Source: Methanobacteriota archaeon | GTDB taxonomy: Archaea; Hydrothermarchaeota; Hydrothermarchaeia; Hydrothermarchaeales; BMS3B | Assembly: GCA_003229935.1 (NCBI GenBank) | Contig: QIGD01000012.1 | Coordinates: 1 to 39,654, forward strand | DNA: 39,654 nucleotides | Direction: 5' to 3' | Part shown: positions 27,047 to 37,553 of the stretch, one piece after another | How positions within the stretch are numbered: position 1 is the first letter of the stretch | How the letters are laid out: each line of letters begins with the position of its first letter | The notes under the pieces: model-generated | Databases searched by the model: none | What the model was told of the DNA's origin: nothing | Seen by the model: only the letters and a program-made list of their open reading frames with translations | Program-made: the position numbers and the translations under genes

Positions 27047-27406
27047 TCACTCCATTATCCTTATACCTTTACCCTCTGGTATTCTGTCAGCCAGTTCGGT
27101 GAGACTCAAACACTCTCCGCCTGAATTCATAATCTTCTCTCTTGCCTTTTTCGAAAAAGCATAAGCAGCCACAGTAACTTTGTGATTTATTATACCAGAA
27201 CCAAGAACCTTACCTGGCACAGCTACAACATCACTTTCAGATGTATACCGTGCTATTCTGCTTATATTTACCTCTGTGGATCTGGAGGCCGAGCGTGAAA
27301 GCCTTCTCGCTATCTCCCTCCACATTTTTGAATTATCTCTATGAGACCGCTTTATTATATCCTCTATTATACCCAATATGACCACATTCTTCCTGCTCTT
27401 TCTCAT
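27047..27406 (-). CDS. rpl18e: 50S ribosomal protein L18e
   Basis: EVNISRIARY, VPGKVLGSG, VAAYAFS; GGAGGTG before ATG 27406. Confidence 0.97.
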   Translation of the reverse strand: MRKSRKNVVILGIIEDIIKRSHRDNSKMWREIARRLSRSASRSTEVNISRIARYTSESDVVAVPGKVLGSGIINHKVTVAAYAFSKKAREKIMNSGGECLSLTELADRIPEGKGIRIME

Positions 27407-27559
27407 CTTTGCACCTCCGGCAAGACAATACTTCGAGCATGGCAGTGCCACAACTCTCTGACATCATCATTTATCAATTTACCTAATATCAGGAATATAC
27501 CCTTCATTCACATACTCAAACTTTATGAAATTTTTTCACATAAAAATCAGGTTATAAGG

Positions 27560-28257
27560 GGTGTCGTCCTATCAAACAAATGACAACCCCCCATAGAAAA
27601 AACCCTCCCACTTCCACACTCGATTCATCAGCCCTTCACTCATCGCCGGCGTTTTTGCTCCGTGCAATGGGCTTCATGAAATTCCAGTAAAACCCAAAGA
27701 CTGTGACGGCATTGTCCAATAGCATCACCTTCTTCGGAAAACACTTTGTTTTGCAAACAAGTCTTCCGATTCTTTCGCGCAGTATTCTATTGAAATTCTC
27801 GATGTTTGTAGTCTCAATCTTCTTGTGTCTCGGCTTTCCATATATCTCACAGTAGGAATTCATTCATCATTTCTGCATGCTCAGCCATGTCCTTGAGAAG
27901 ATTGCTTATTGTATCCCTGTGGTGACCTGTAATACGCTCTATTGAGCGCACACCATTCTTTTCAACCAGAAGTTTGCAAATGCCTATGATTTCTTTTTCT
28001 GGCAAACGCTTCCCATAAAACGGTGTGCCAAGCGTTTCGACAAACTGCTTACCACAGCACATGCAACGAAAAACTTGATGACCTGCATAGTTGTGACCAT
28101 TCCGTACAATCTCATTGTACTTACGCTTTCTGTAAAGAGTACATTTTTCGTTTGGACAATACCTATCATTTTCAGATCGTGGTTGGGACATATCTACCAC
28201 CTCAACCACTATTAAGTCAGAAGTAGCATGTAATCATTTCCCCATTAGGACACTACC
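27560..28257 (-). mobile_element. IS1-family element, internally deleted (InsA-like Zn finger/HTH 27847-28209 plus C-terminal InsB-like piece 27636-~27850)
   Basis: TIRs GGTAGTGTCCTAATGGGGAAATGA / GGTGTCGTCCTATCAAACAAATGA; TSD TTATAAGG/TTATAAGA; CPNEKC..CMCC, GVRSIERITG; TTNIENFN..LR..RL..KTKCF; central DDE part absent. Confidence 0.88.
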
Positions 28258-28474
28258 TTATAAGATAATAGTAACATACTCCCCTCACGCTTTCCTTCTT
28301 CAAATATTTGAACAGCATATTATAGTAAATAAACATTCTAAGATGATTCTTTTTTATTGTATATCCTCTGTCCTCCAGCCGGGTTATAATATCCTTTATT
28401 GTAAGCTTCTCATACCCTTCAAAAACGCTTAAAATCGTCTTAACTTTAGTATGAGAGTTCCTGAACCTCTTCAT
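28253..28474 (-). CDS. Small basic winged-helix-like hypothetical protein
   Basis: 73 aa, LTIKDIITRLEDRGY..GVCYYYL pattern; GAGGGAG upstream. Confidence 0.6.
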   Translation of the reverse strand: MKRFRNSHTKVKTILSVFEGYEKLTIKDIITRLEDRGYTIKKNHLRMFIYYNMLFKYLKKESVRGVCYYYLIR

Positions 28475-28602
28475 TAATCTCCCTCACTCAACTTTATTAA
28501 TATATATACTTAGTCCATATATATAAAAATTTGTTTGATAGAATTTTACCAAAAAATGAATAACTAACTTTTTTTATAACCGTTAAACTTCCCAGATGTA
28601 CC

Positions 28603-29772
28603 ATGCAGATTTACACTACATTTCCAGAAGGAGTCAGATATCTCTGCAATATTGAAGAATGCAGTGGATGCTGCACACTTTTTGAAGATATCAGAATTTA
28701 TGACGATGAAATTGAAAAGTTTGAAGCAATGGGATATAGCAAATTTTATGAAATACGTGAAAATTATAATTTTTTGAAGCATCCATGCCATTTTTTAGAA
28801 GGAAAGTTTTGTAGTATTCATAAAAAATCTGAAAAATTCAATAAATTCTCAACATGCAGGAAATATCCTTTTTATGCTGTTATGCTCAGAAATAAAAATA
28901 TTGTTGTGGATGTGAAATGGGCATGTCCCGGTATATCTCTCGAAAGGGGAGAAATTATTGATAAAAAACTTCTCCTTAAAGAATTTCTCCAAGCAGAGAA
29001 CCCGCCTCTATCCTCTCTGGATGAGGTGGTTTACTTTCACAATTCAAGCAGACAAAAAATAGAGTGGAAAGCTCTGGAAGGACTCTATTCTATTATTTCT
29101 GATGCGCTTATAACAGAGAATATCAGTATATATAAGAGCATTTTACTCTTGACAGGACTGGTAAGGAAAATCGGGTCAGAACTCGGTTCAAAGCCACTGG
29201 TAACCACAGGAGATTTAAGATTTATTGAAGATTTCCTGCAGAACTACGATGTAGAAGAATTTATAGAGCAGACAAGAACTGGGACACCTATCGATATGGA
29301 CTTTATTGGCTTTTCATCCATTCTCAACAGTATCTTTGAATTTGAGATAAACCCTGAATATGCTGTGAAAAAACTTGGCATAAAGATTGGAGGAGAAGAA
29401 AAGGTGAATTTTAATGACAATCTTCATGACATATTCACACAGCCCTTAAGCCTGAAAGCTTCAAAACTTATGAAGTACTACCTTATTCAGAATCTCAGAG
29501 AGAGTCTGACAAAACCATGGGATTTTATCTCAACCTATTTCTGGAGTCTTGGAGTGGCCGGTATGATAGATTACATAGCAAGACTTGATGCCTTCAAAAC
29601 AATCAACATTGTAACAGATGTTGAGGTCAGAAAGGCAGTGAGAATTGTCGACTTTCTGAATAAACATGTATCTACCTACAGAGATTTTGCCTTTGAGATA
29701 TACCCAAACCTTGGCATGAAATATCTTCAGTTCTTTATTACAGGTTATGACTCAGGTCTGGGAGGATACTGA
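28603..29772 (+). CDS. YkgJ/FliB-like cysteine-cluster (Zn/Fe chelating) protein
   Basis: C..CSGCC, PCHFL..CSIH, TCRKYPF, ACPG. Confidence 0.75.
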   Translation: MQIYTTFPEGVRYLCNIEECSGCCTLFEDIRIYDDEIEKFEAMGYSKFYEIRENYNFLKHPCHFLEGKFCSIHKKSEKFNKFSTCRKYPFYAVMLRNKNIVVDVKWACPGISLERGEIIDKKLLLKEFLQAENPPLSSLDEVVYFHNSSRQKIEWKALEGLYSIISDALITENISIYKSILLLTGLVRKIGSELGSKPLVTTGDLRFIEDFLQNYDVEEFIEQTRTGTPIDMDFIGFSSILNSIFEFEINPEYAVKKLGIKIGGEEKVNFNDNLHDIFTQPLSLKASKLMKYYLIQNLRESLTKPWDFISTYFWSLGVAGMIDYIARLDAFKTINIVTDVEVRKAVRIVDFLNKHVSTYRDFAFEIYPNLGMKYLQFFITGYDSGLGGY

Positions 29773-29837
29773 TACTTCATACTTTGGAAAATTCCTGTGA
29801 ATGTTAAGACAGACATCAAGATAACCGGAGGTTAATT

Positions 29838-30791
29838 ATGCAGGCTTTCTTTGACCTTGAAGGTCCTCTTTCACCCCAGGATAATGCCTATGAGGTTTCA
29901 GGCTTAATCAGGAATGGATATAAAATTTTTGAAATAATTTCAAGATACGATGACATACTGACTCTCGAGAGCAGAGCTGGTTACGAGCCGGGCGATACTC
30001 TAAAGCTTATAGTACCATTCCTAGTTTATCATAATATAACTGATAATGACATTAAAAGTGTATCTGAGAAGGCAAAGATTGTGCAGGGAGCAAAAAGGCT
30101 TATCTCAGAGCTAAAAACGGATAATTGGAATGTCTATATAATTTCAACAAGTTATATACAGCATGCTATGAATATAGCAGAAAAGCTTGAAGTAAAGCCT
30201 GAAAATGTAGCATGTACAGAGCTTTACCTTGAGAAATTCAGAGGACTTGAAGGTATAGAACTTGTGGCTGAAGTTGAGGGCAGGATTCTTGAAATCCCAA
30301 AAAAAAATGGTGATGATACTATTAAGGAGATTCTTGACAGTTTTTTCTTTAAAGAATTCCAAAAAACAGAGTTAGGGAAGGCTTTCAATAAAATTGAAGT
30401 TATGGGAGGAACAAGAAAGGCTACAGTTCTCAGGGAGTTTTTAAAAAGAGATGGCGGAGAAATTAAATCTTCTGTTGCTATCGGAGATAGTATAACAGAT
30501 TATAAAATGCTCAGGGAAGTTAAGCAGAAAGGTGGTTTAGCCATAGTTTTCAATGGTAATTCTTATTCACTCCCCTATGGTGATATTGCCGTTGCATCTG
30601 AGAGTATTTACTCACTCAAACCTCTATTCAATGCCTTCTCTGAAGGGAGCAAGAGTAAAGCAGTTGAAATTGCCGGGTTTAAAAATAACATGAAATATGA
30701 TGTAATCGGAAAAAGCATCCATAATGACCTGCTTGAAATACACTCAAAACATAGAAAACTTGTTAGAGGCGAGGCCTGGAAACTTGGTTAA
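29838..30791 (+). CDS. HAD-superfamily hydrolase, EhaR-like
   Basis: DLEGPLS..DNAYE, SRYDD, GDTLKLI, ISTSY, GDSITD, FNGN.Y. Confidence 0.8.
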   Translation: MQAFFDLEGPLSPQDNAYEVSGLIRNGYKIFEIISRYDDILTLESRAGYEPGDTLKLIVPFLVYHNITDNDIKSVSEKAKIVQGAKRLISELKTDNWNVYIISTSYIQHAMNIAEKLEVKPENVACTELYLEKFRGLEGIELVAEVEGRILEIPKKNGDDTIKEILDSFFFKEFQKTELGKAFNKIEVMGGTRKATVLREFLKRDGGEIKSSVAIGDSITDYKMLREVKQKGGLAIVFNGNSYSLPYGDIAVASESIYSLKPLFNAFSEGSKSKAVEIAGFKNNMKYDVIGKSIHNDLLEIHSKHRKLVRGEAWKLG

Positions 30792-30821
30792 AGAGATAAA
30801 AGCATAGGGTGAGGTACGAAT

Positions 30822-31965
30822 ATGAGGATAGTACAGATATCTGATATTCACTTTGGACGGGAGAATGTAAAGGGTAAAGTCGAAAATGCAATAAAACAGA
30901 TAAATAAAATAGAACCTGACCTTGTCATTGTAACCGGTGACCTTACAACATGGGGGTTGCACCCTGAGTTCAGAGAAGCTTATGAAGCTCTGTTAAATCT
31001 AAAATCAGATATGATTGTAATCCCTGGAAACCATGATTCGAGAAACAGCGGGAGCAAATTCTTTGAGCTTTACTTCGGAAAGTCGAGAAAGCATCTTGTT
31101 ATTGATGATTTTGTTATAGTTGCCGCAGATAGTACCCAGCCTGACAGAGATGAGGGTTATATAGGAGCATGGCAGAGGAGGTGGATTGAGAAGAAATTCA
31201 GAAAAGTTCAGAAAAGATAAGGTGAATATTCTTGCTCTTCATCACCATATTGTACCCATTCCAAATACCGGCAGAGAGACGAATGTCCTCACGGATGCTG
31301 GAGAGATTGTGGAGACTCTTATAAAAAGCTCGGGGGCTGTTGTTCTCTGTGGTCACAGACATATGCCCTACTCTTTGAAGCTCATGAGGACACATATAAT
31401 ACATGCTGGCACTCTTGGCTCCTTTAAAATTCTTGCAATGCCTGACAACAACTACAATATTATAGACTTGACACCTGAATATATTGAACTTAAACTAAGA
31501 TTTGTTGGTCTAGGCGAGATTAATATTGGAAAATTTATGATAAAGCAGGAAACTCCTGAATCTGTCAGCATATATCACAGACTCCACAAACCCAAAAAGG
31601 TTCTATTCATATCTGAGAGGAATGACTGCAGAACTCTTATAGCCGAAGCAATTTTCAATAAAGTTTCGCCAAAAAATATGCTTGCACTTAGTGGTGGGGT
31701 AAATCCTTCAGATAATGTAGATATTAAAGCTTTAGAAATATTAAGACAGATGGGGGTCAAGAACAGAAAGCCAAGAAAGATAGAAACATTCGAAGGGTTA
31801 GATTATATAATATCCTTCAATCCAGAGATTAATTCAGGGAATGTATTCTGGGATATCCCAGAGCCCAGAGATACATATGAGTGTAAAAATGTGGTCAGAA
31901 TTCTTCATAGGAAAATTCATAGTCTCGTTTCAGAAATTATAAAAGGAAATTATAATATATCATGA
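30822..31965 (+). pseudogene. Calcineurin-like (Icc/CpdA) metallophosphoesterase fused to LMW-PTP/ArsC-like domain; frameshifted
   Basis: SDIH, TGDL, PGNHD in first ORF; LHH, CGHRH in second; tandem TTCAGAAAAG x2 at 31197-31216, removing one copy gives a single 377-aa frame. Confidence 0.88.
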
Positions 31966-32012
31966 TGTGATAACACCCAAAATTTTAATTTTAAAAGGAG
32001 GAATTTTATGTT

Positions 32013-32978
32013 ATGAAGCTTTTTCAGATAGGAGAAAGGAAAATAATTAGTATTCTGGAAGAGTATTTCGAGCCCTGCAGCAATGTTGATACCAGTATAG
32101 GAGACGATGCAGCAGTTCTGAAAGTGAATAAAAGACTTATTGTGGTGAGCAGCGACATGGTCAGAGAAAAAACCCATGTCCCGCGTGAGATGTCGCCATG
32201 GAAGGTGGGCTGGTATTCTGTAAACGCCTCCCTCAGCGATATTGCATCAATGGGTGCCCTGCCATCAGGCATCCTGCTCTCTCTCGGCCTAAGGGAAGAT
32301 ATGAGGGTAGAAGACCTGAGAGAATTTGCCTCAGGTATTAAAGAAGCCTGCAGATATCATAATACATATGTAATCGGAGGGGATACAAAGGCACATAGTG
32401 AACTTACAGTCGTTGTTACAGCTCTTGGAGAAGCAGATAGAGTGATGAGAAGAAATTCAGCCAGAAGAGGAGATTTAATATGTGTAACAGGAAAAATAGG
32501 AGAGGCTGCCGCTGGCTTTTATTGCCTTGTTAATAAACTTGATATTTCTGAAAAAGAGTACCTCTTAAAGGCAGCATTCGAACCAATAGCAAGGGTCAGG
32601 GAAGGTAATATTATAGCAGAGTATTCAAAATGCTGTATGGATATAAGTGATGGCCTTGCCTTCAGCCTCTATGAAATAGCAGAGAAAAGCAACTATGGCT
32701 TTGAAGTTTTTGAAAAAAAAGTTCCAAGAAGCATGGGGGTGAAAAAGGTAAGCCGTCTTGTAAATATACCAGAAAGAGAGATGATATTCCATAAAGGAGG
32801 AGATTTTGAACTTCTCTTTACAATAGCTGAGGGAGATTTTGAGCCGTTGAAGAAAGCCCTTGGCGATATGATTGAAATCACACATATAGGTTATATTACT
32901 GATGCTGGAAGAAAACTTATAACTGAAGACGGTAGAGAAGTTGAGCTACCCGAAAGAGGATATGAATCCTTCATGTGA
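32013..32978 (+). CDS. thiL: Thiamine-monophosphate kinase
   Basis: GDDAA, SDIASMGA, GGDT, MDISDGL, GGDFELLFT. Confidence 0.95.
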   Translation: MKLFQIGERKIISILEEYFEPCSNVDTSIGDDAAVLKVNKRLIVVSSDMVREKTHVPREMSPWKVGWYSVNASLSDIASMGALPSGILLSLGLREDMRVEDLREFASGIKEACRYHNTYVIGGDTKAHSELTVVVTALGEADRVMRRNSARRGDLICVTGKIGEAAAGFYCLVNKLDISEKEYLLKAAFEPIARVREGNIIAEYSKCCMDISDGLAFSLYEIAEKSNYGFEVFEKKVPRSMGVKKVSRLVNIPEREMIFHKGGDFELLFTIAEGDFEPLKKALGDMIEITHIGYITDAGRKLITEDGREVELPERGYESFM

Positions 32979-33375
32979 ACTAACCACTGGCAAAAATTAG
33001 CATCCGCGGTTGACTCTATACATATATCACATTGAAAGATATACCTGACTGTTAACTTTATAATTTTATGTGGTATCAGACCTTCAATTTTTCAGGCAGT
33101 GTTAACAGAATTGTTGACATAGACATGCTAAGATTGTTGTAAATTTTATAATAATGTTTACATTCGGTATATCTAGATTAGAGAATAGGTGAAATGGTAC
33201 CTATCTTTTTTTAGGACATTTCACCTCCAACCTTTCAATTATAAGCGGTTGATTGAGAGATGATTTTTCAGTTATTTTTGAAAATGCGCATATATGTAAT
33301 ATATATTGTTTCATTTAATTGGAGTCTGGTGGATGCGGTTATGCTGCCACTATTATTTGACAGAGAGGCTAGATT

Positions 33376-33861
33376 ATGGTAAAAAGAAATAGAAAAAAGA
33401 GAAGTTTTGTAATAAGACCGACTATAGAGATTCTCGAAGGCCATACTCTAGAAGAACTAACCAAGAAATCGTTTCTGACACCTTCGCAAATACAGGTGCT
33501 TCAGCTTCGTTCTGAAGGATATATCCAGAATGAAATTGCAAAAATAATGAATATTTCCCGTTCCAATATAAGCATAACTGAGAAAAGGGCAAGACATAAC
33601 CTCGAAAAAGCAATGAATACAATAAGAATCTTTGAGATGATAGCACCGATAATTGTAAAAATTGGAAAAGGCACAGACCTCTTTGATATTCCAAAGCTTG
33701 TTTTTGATAATGCAGATAAGGCTGGTATAATTGTCGAATATAATGCTATTCAGCTTACCGATATGATAAGGGAAAAAATGTGGAGGAAGCTCAGAGGCAG
33801 AGAAATTGTTGAGGAATTCACAATCACAATACTCAGAACAGGCAGGGTTGTGGTGGAATAA
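33376..33861 (+). CDS. tfx: Tfx-family DNA-binding protein
   Basis: FLT..QIQVLQLR..G..Q.EIA..SRSNIS..EKRAR.N.EKA..T; GTDLFDIP..AD.AGI. Confidence 0.88.
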   Translation: MVKRNRKKRSFVIRPTIEILEGHTLEELTKKSFLTPSQIQVLQLRSEGYIQNEIAKIMNISRSNISITEKRARHNLEKAMNTIRIFEMIAPIIVKIGKGTDLFDIPKLVFDNADKAGIIVEYNAIQLTDMIREKMWRKLRGREIVEEFTITILRTGRVVVE

Positions 33862-33875
33862 CACTAAATATTTAA

Positions 33876-33922
33876 GTCAATCACCACCCATTACAATGGA
33901 TGGTCTCCTTGTCCAGATTATT
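33876..33922 (+). mobile_element. 47-bp collapsed IscB-type element (single hairpin)
   Basis: GTCAATCACCACCCATT-AC-AATGGATGGTCTCCTTGTCCAGATTATT|ATGA: start matches 23114, end matches 12471-12493. Confidence 0.72.
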
Positions 33923-34471
33923 ATGAACAAAATATTCTCCTGCTTTTAAAACGTTCCCTGCACAACTGGGATATTCAGCCTCTTTTATCGCCAGGATTTT
34001 TGTTATCCACTTATACCAAATATAAACCTATTTGAGTAAATTTAAGAAATTTTATGACAATGTACACAATATTAAGAAAATTGAATATAAAATAATAAAT
34101 TTATATAGAATATTGTATTAAATCATATAATAAAATAAGATTTGAGTGTTTTTCTCAACTACTTTTATATATATCCCATTTCATAAAATTAATTACAAAA
34201 AGCCGGAAAAATCGTTTCTGAATAGATCAGATAGATTATACAGGTGGCATCTTATGGGAAAACCAAAATTGATAAATACATCACACGGTGCTGGATATCT
34301 TAATGAAAGTAGACACTGGAATATAAAGTGGCAGGATAACTTTATATATATGTATGTATTCACACAACCGAGATATCTTACTGTTTCATTAACACATACG
34401 TTAAATCAAATCCGACGATTTTTACCCTGGAAATGTGTTTAAATTTTTCTGAGAATACTGGAGGAACAGAA

Positions 34472-35323
34472 ATGAAAATAAGAGCTAATACTGAAAAAGC
34501 ATGGAAATCTGGCAGAATAGTTCACCAGAGGGGTTATATCAACCATATCATGAAAGCACTTATTATATTAACATTACTTACTATCCCATTGCTCACTTCA
34601 GGATGCACAACCAATAACAAAGAGGACAGCATAACTGTCCTCGCTGCTGCAAGCCTCACTGAAGCATTTCAGGAGCTTTCCCATGATTTTGAAGCAAAGT
34701 ACCATATAAAAGTGGAGCCTGACTTCGCAGGGTCAAATACACTTGCTATTGACATAGAACATGGTGCCTATGCAGATGTATATGCCTCAGCCGACAAGAA
34801 GTATATGACAGCCTTAATAAAACAGGGTTATGTTAATAAGAGTGTCGCCTTTACAAGAAACAAGCTTGTGCTTGTAGTACCTAAAGCAAATCCTGCCAAC
34901 ATAACAAGCGTTACTGACCTGCGCAGAAATGTAAAGCTTGTGATTGCTAACAGGGGGGTACCTGTTGGAATATACACAAGAAAGGCACTTTTAAATCTGG
35001 ACTCAATATATGGTAATGGCTTTTCAAACCAGGTTCTTTCCCATGTGGTGTCTGATGGTATCGATGTCAAAGGTGTCTTGACAAAAGTTGTTATGGATGA
35101 AGCAGACGCAGGCTTTGTATATTCTTCAGATGCCGTAACTGCAAATGGCAAAGTTAAGGTAATAGAGCTCCCAGAAAATGGCGGTGGAGTTTTCCCGAAA
35201 TACTATATTGGTATACTCACAGGCTCTAAAAATAAGAAAGATGCCCAGAAGTTTATCAACTTTGTTCTCTCTCCTGAAGGAAAGAAAATATTGAAAAAAT
35301 ATGGGTTTGAGGCTGAAAAATGA
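34472..35323 (+). CDS. modA: Molybdate ABC transporter substrate-binding lipoprotein
   Basis: Lipobox TSGC, AAASL, FAGS, VPVG.Y, ADAGFVYSSDA; start after GGAGG (alternative 34550). Confidence 0.93.
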   Translation: MKIRANTEKAWKSGRIVHQRGYINHIMKALIILTLLTIPLLTSGCTTNNKEDSITVLAAASLTEAFQELSHDFEAKYHIKVEPDFAGSNTLAIDIEHGAYADVYASADKKYMTALIKQGYVNKSVAFTRNKLVLVVPKANPANITSVTDLRRNVKLVIANRGVPVGIYTRKALLNLDSIYGNGFSNQVLSHVVSDGIDVKGVLTKVVMDEADAGFVYSSDAVTANGKVKVIELPENGGGVFPKYYIGILTGSKNKKDAQKFINFVLSPEGKKILKKYGFEAEK

Positions 35324-36114
35324 AACTATTTGCAGCAATATACACTATTGCCGGCGTGATAGTAGCAGTATTCATTTTTTTTCCTATTGTCTCAGTAGTC
35401 ATAAATGCCTTCCATGCACCACCAGCGCTACTACTAAGTCATGACACTGTAGCTGCAATTAAACTCAGCCTTATAACAGCCACTGTGTCAACACTGATAA
35501 TTTTTATACTTGGCACCCCTCTGGCCTACTATCTGGCAAGGAATGATTCTGCCTTCTCCAGAGCACTTGACCTTCTTCTCGGCCTTGAAATGGTTCTTCC
35601 GCCTGCTGTGGCTGGTATTGCTCTTCTCGCCGCCTTTGGCAGAACTGGTATTCTGGGCAGGTATCTTGCAGTGTTTGGCATAACTCTACCTTTCACAACT
35701 GCTGCTGTGGTTATTGCCCAGACCTTTGTAGCACTACCTCTATATGTCAACCCTGTACGTGCTGGCTATGCAAGTATAAATAGAAACCTTGAAGGAGCTG
35801 CCTTTACACTGGGTGCTTCTGAACTTTACACTTTTTTGAAGATTTCTTTTCCACTGGCAAGAAATGCCACTCTAGCAGGAGCTATCATGAGCTGGTCTCG
35901 TGCTATGGGTGAATTTGGTGCAACCATAATGTTTGCAGGGAATTTTGTAGGTAGGACGCAGACAATGCCACTGGCTGTATATTCTGCTCTGCAGGTGAGT
36001 TTCAACAAAGCCATGGTAGTTGCAGCTGTGTTAATTCTAATATCTTTCGTGATTCTAATTGCATTCGGGGCAATCAGCAAAAGAAATAGCAAAAGAAGTG
36101 ATTTAAATGCTTGA
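35320..36114 (+). CDS. modB: Molybdate ABC transporter permease
   Basis: VLPPAVAG, EGAAFTLGA, RAMGEFGAT, TQTMPLA. Confidence 0.93.
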   Translation: MKLFAAIYTIAGVIVAVFIFFPIVSVVINAFHAPPALLLSHDTVAAIKLSLITATVSTLIIFILGTPLAYYLARNDSAFSRALDLLLGLEMVLPPAVAGIALLAAFGRTGILGRYLAVFGITLPFTTAAVVIAQTFVALPLYVNPVRAGYASINRNLEGAAFTLGASELYTFLKISFPLARNATLAGAIMSWSRAMGEFGATIMFAGNFVGRTQTMPLAVYSALQVSFNKAMVVAAVLILISFVILIAFGAISKRNSKRSDLNA

Positions 36115-36853
36115 TATGTATGTATTTAAACATCTCATGAAATTTGAACTAAAAATAAGGCTCAAAATGCAAAATGGAATTCTTGCCATTCTGGGAGAAA
36201 ACGGGTTTGGCAAAACAACCACATTAAAGGCGATTGCTGGTCTTATCAAACCAGATGAAGGTTATATCAATCTCGACAACGCTGTGATTTTTAACTCTAA
36301 ATCGAATATAAACCTCCCACCCCAGAGACGTAATATAGGCTATGTATTCCAAGAACTTGCACTTTTCCCCCACATGAGCATATATGAAAATATAGCTTTT
36401 GGCTTAAAGGTGAAAGGCTACCCTGCAGTTAAGATAAAAAAGGAAGTCAATAATTTGATACAAACCTTTGAACTTGAGGATTTCAGGTTTTATTTACCTA
36501 GTGAAATCTCAGGCGGACAGCAGCAGCGTGTAGCTTTAGCTAGAGCACTGGTGGTTAAACCAGAGCTTCTTCTATTGGATGAACCCTTCTCCGCCCAAGA
36601 CCCAGAATCAAAGAGAAAAATGAGGGACGAGATTAAAATCATCCTGAACAAAATCTCAATACCAACAATCCTTGTTACTCACGATTTTCAGGATGCCATT
36701 ACACTTGCTGAGAGAGTATGTACAGTTACAAAAGATAAAGAGTGCCACATACTGCATGACATGACTCCACATATTACAGAAAATGACTTCCTATCCGCAA
36801 AACATGATTTTCAAGGCAAGGCAGAAGCAGTATTTTCAAATAGTACAACATAG
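36107..36853 (+). CDS. modC: Molybdate ABC transporter ATPase (no TOBE domain)
   Basis: GENGFGKTT, ISGGQQQRVALARAL, LLLDEPF. Confidence 0.9.
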   Translation: MLDMYVFKHLMKFELKIRLKMQNGILAILGENGFGKTTTLKAIAGLIKPDEGYINLDNAVIFNSKSNINLPPQRRNIGYVFQELALFPHMSIYENIAFGLKVKGYPAVKIKKEVNNLIQTFELEDFRFYLPSEISGGQQQRVALARALVVKPELLLLDEPFSAQDPESKRKMRDEIKIILNKISIPTILVTHDFQDAITLAERVCTVTKDKECHILHDMTPHITENDFLSAKHDFQGKAEAVFSNSTT

Positions 36854-37045
36854 AAAAATGTTTTTATCTACCTGAAATTAAAAATAATTGGCATAAGGTA
36901 TATTCTTCTGTTTACATTAATAACTAGATTACAACATTTTGTCAACTGTATCGTTAAATAAAAGCAAAAAATTTTTATACCTATAATGTGTTTGAAGCTT
37001 TGTATATTTTTAAAATTTAAACATAACATATTAGAGGTGTAAATA

Positions 37046-37552
37046 ATGAAAATAAAAATTGATGGCGCAGAAGCGAAGGTAGTTTTTGAAGCATGTCACC
37101 TTGTGCCTGGAAATGGTAAATGCGGCCGTTTGCATCCACACTTCAATAAAGTAAGTGTTGTAATTGATGGTAATCTATCTTCTAAAAGAAGAGTCTTGCA
37201 CCTTTACAAATTAAAGTATATGATTCTAGAAATATGTAATGAACTGGACGGGAAAGTGCTTCTGGCACAATATCCAGAAAATATCATGCATGTTGAAAGA
37301 AACATTAACTATGTAAAAGTCTCAGTTAACGGAAAGACATACTCTTTACCAGAGGAAGATGTGATGCAACTCCCGATTAGCTCTCTGAATACTGAAGACA
37401 TGTGCCTGTACTTTTCAGATAGAATAATACGCAGCATAAAGGATGAATTTGATATTTCAAGAATAAACTGGGTTGAGGTTATATTTGACGAAGGCCATGG
37501 ACAGATTGCGGCAAATAGAGTAATCCTCAATAAAGACAATCAGGTGCCATAA
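37046..37552 (+). CDS. QueD/6-pyruvoyl-tetrahydropterin synthase-like protein, divergent
   Basis: FEACH..CGRLHPH; T-fold pattern; DEG.G near C-terminus. Confidence 0.75.
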   Translation: MKIKIDGAEAKVVFEACHLVPGNGKCGRLHPHFNKVSVVIDGNLSSKRRVLHLYKLKYMILEICNELDGKVLLAQYPENIMHVERNINYVKVSVNGKTYSLPEEDVMQLPISSLNTEDMCLYFSDRIIRSIKDEFDISRINWVEVIFDEGHGQIAANRVILNKDNQVP

Positions 37553-37553
37553 T

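Noticed and set aside
27410..27510. C/D box sRNA, rpoD remnant or tRNA upstream of rpl18e
   Set aside because: ATGATGA present on the minus strand but no CTGA D box at a suitable distance; no RpoD-like translation or cloverleaf
34146..34442. 98-aa ORF upstream of modA
   Set aside because: GTG start in very AT-rich DNA, no SD, no recognisable motif
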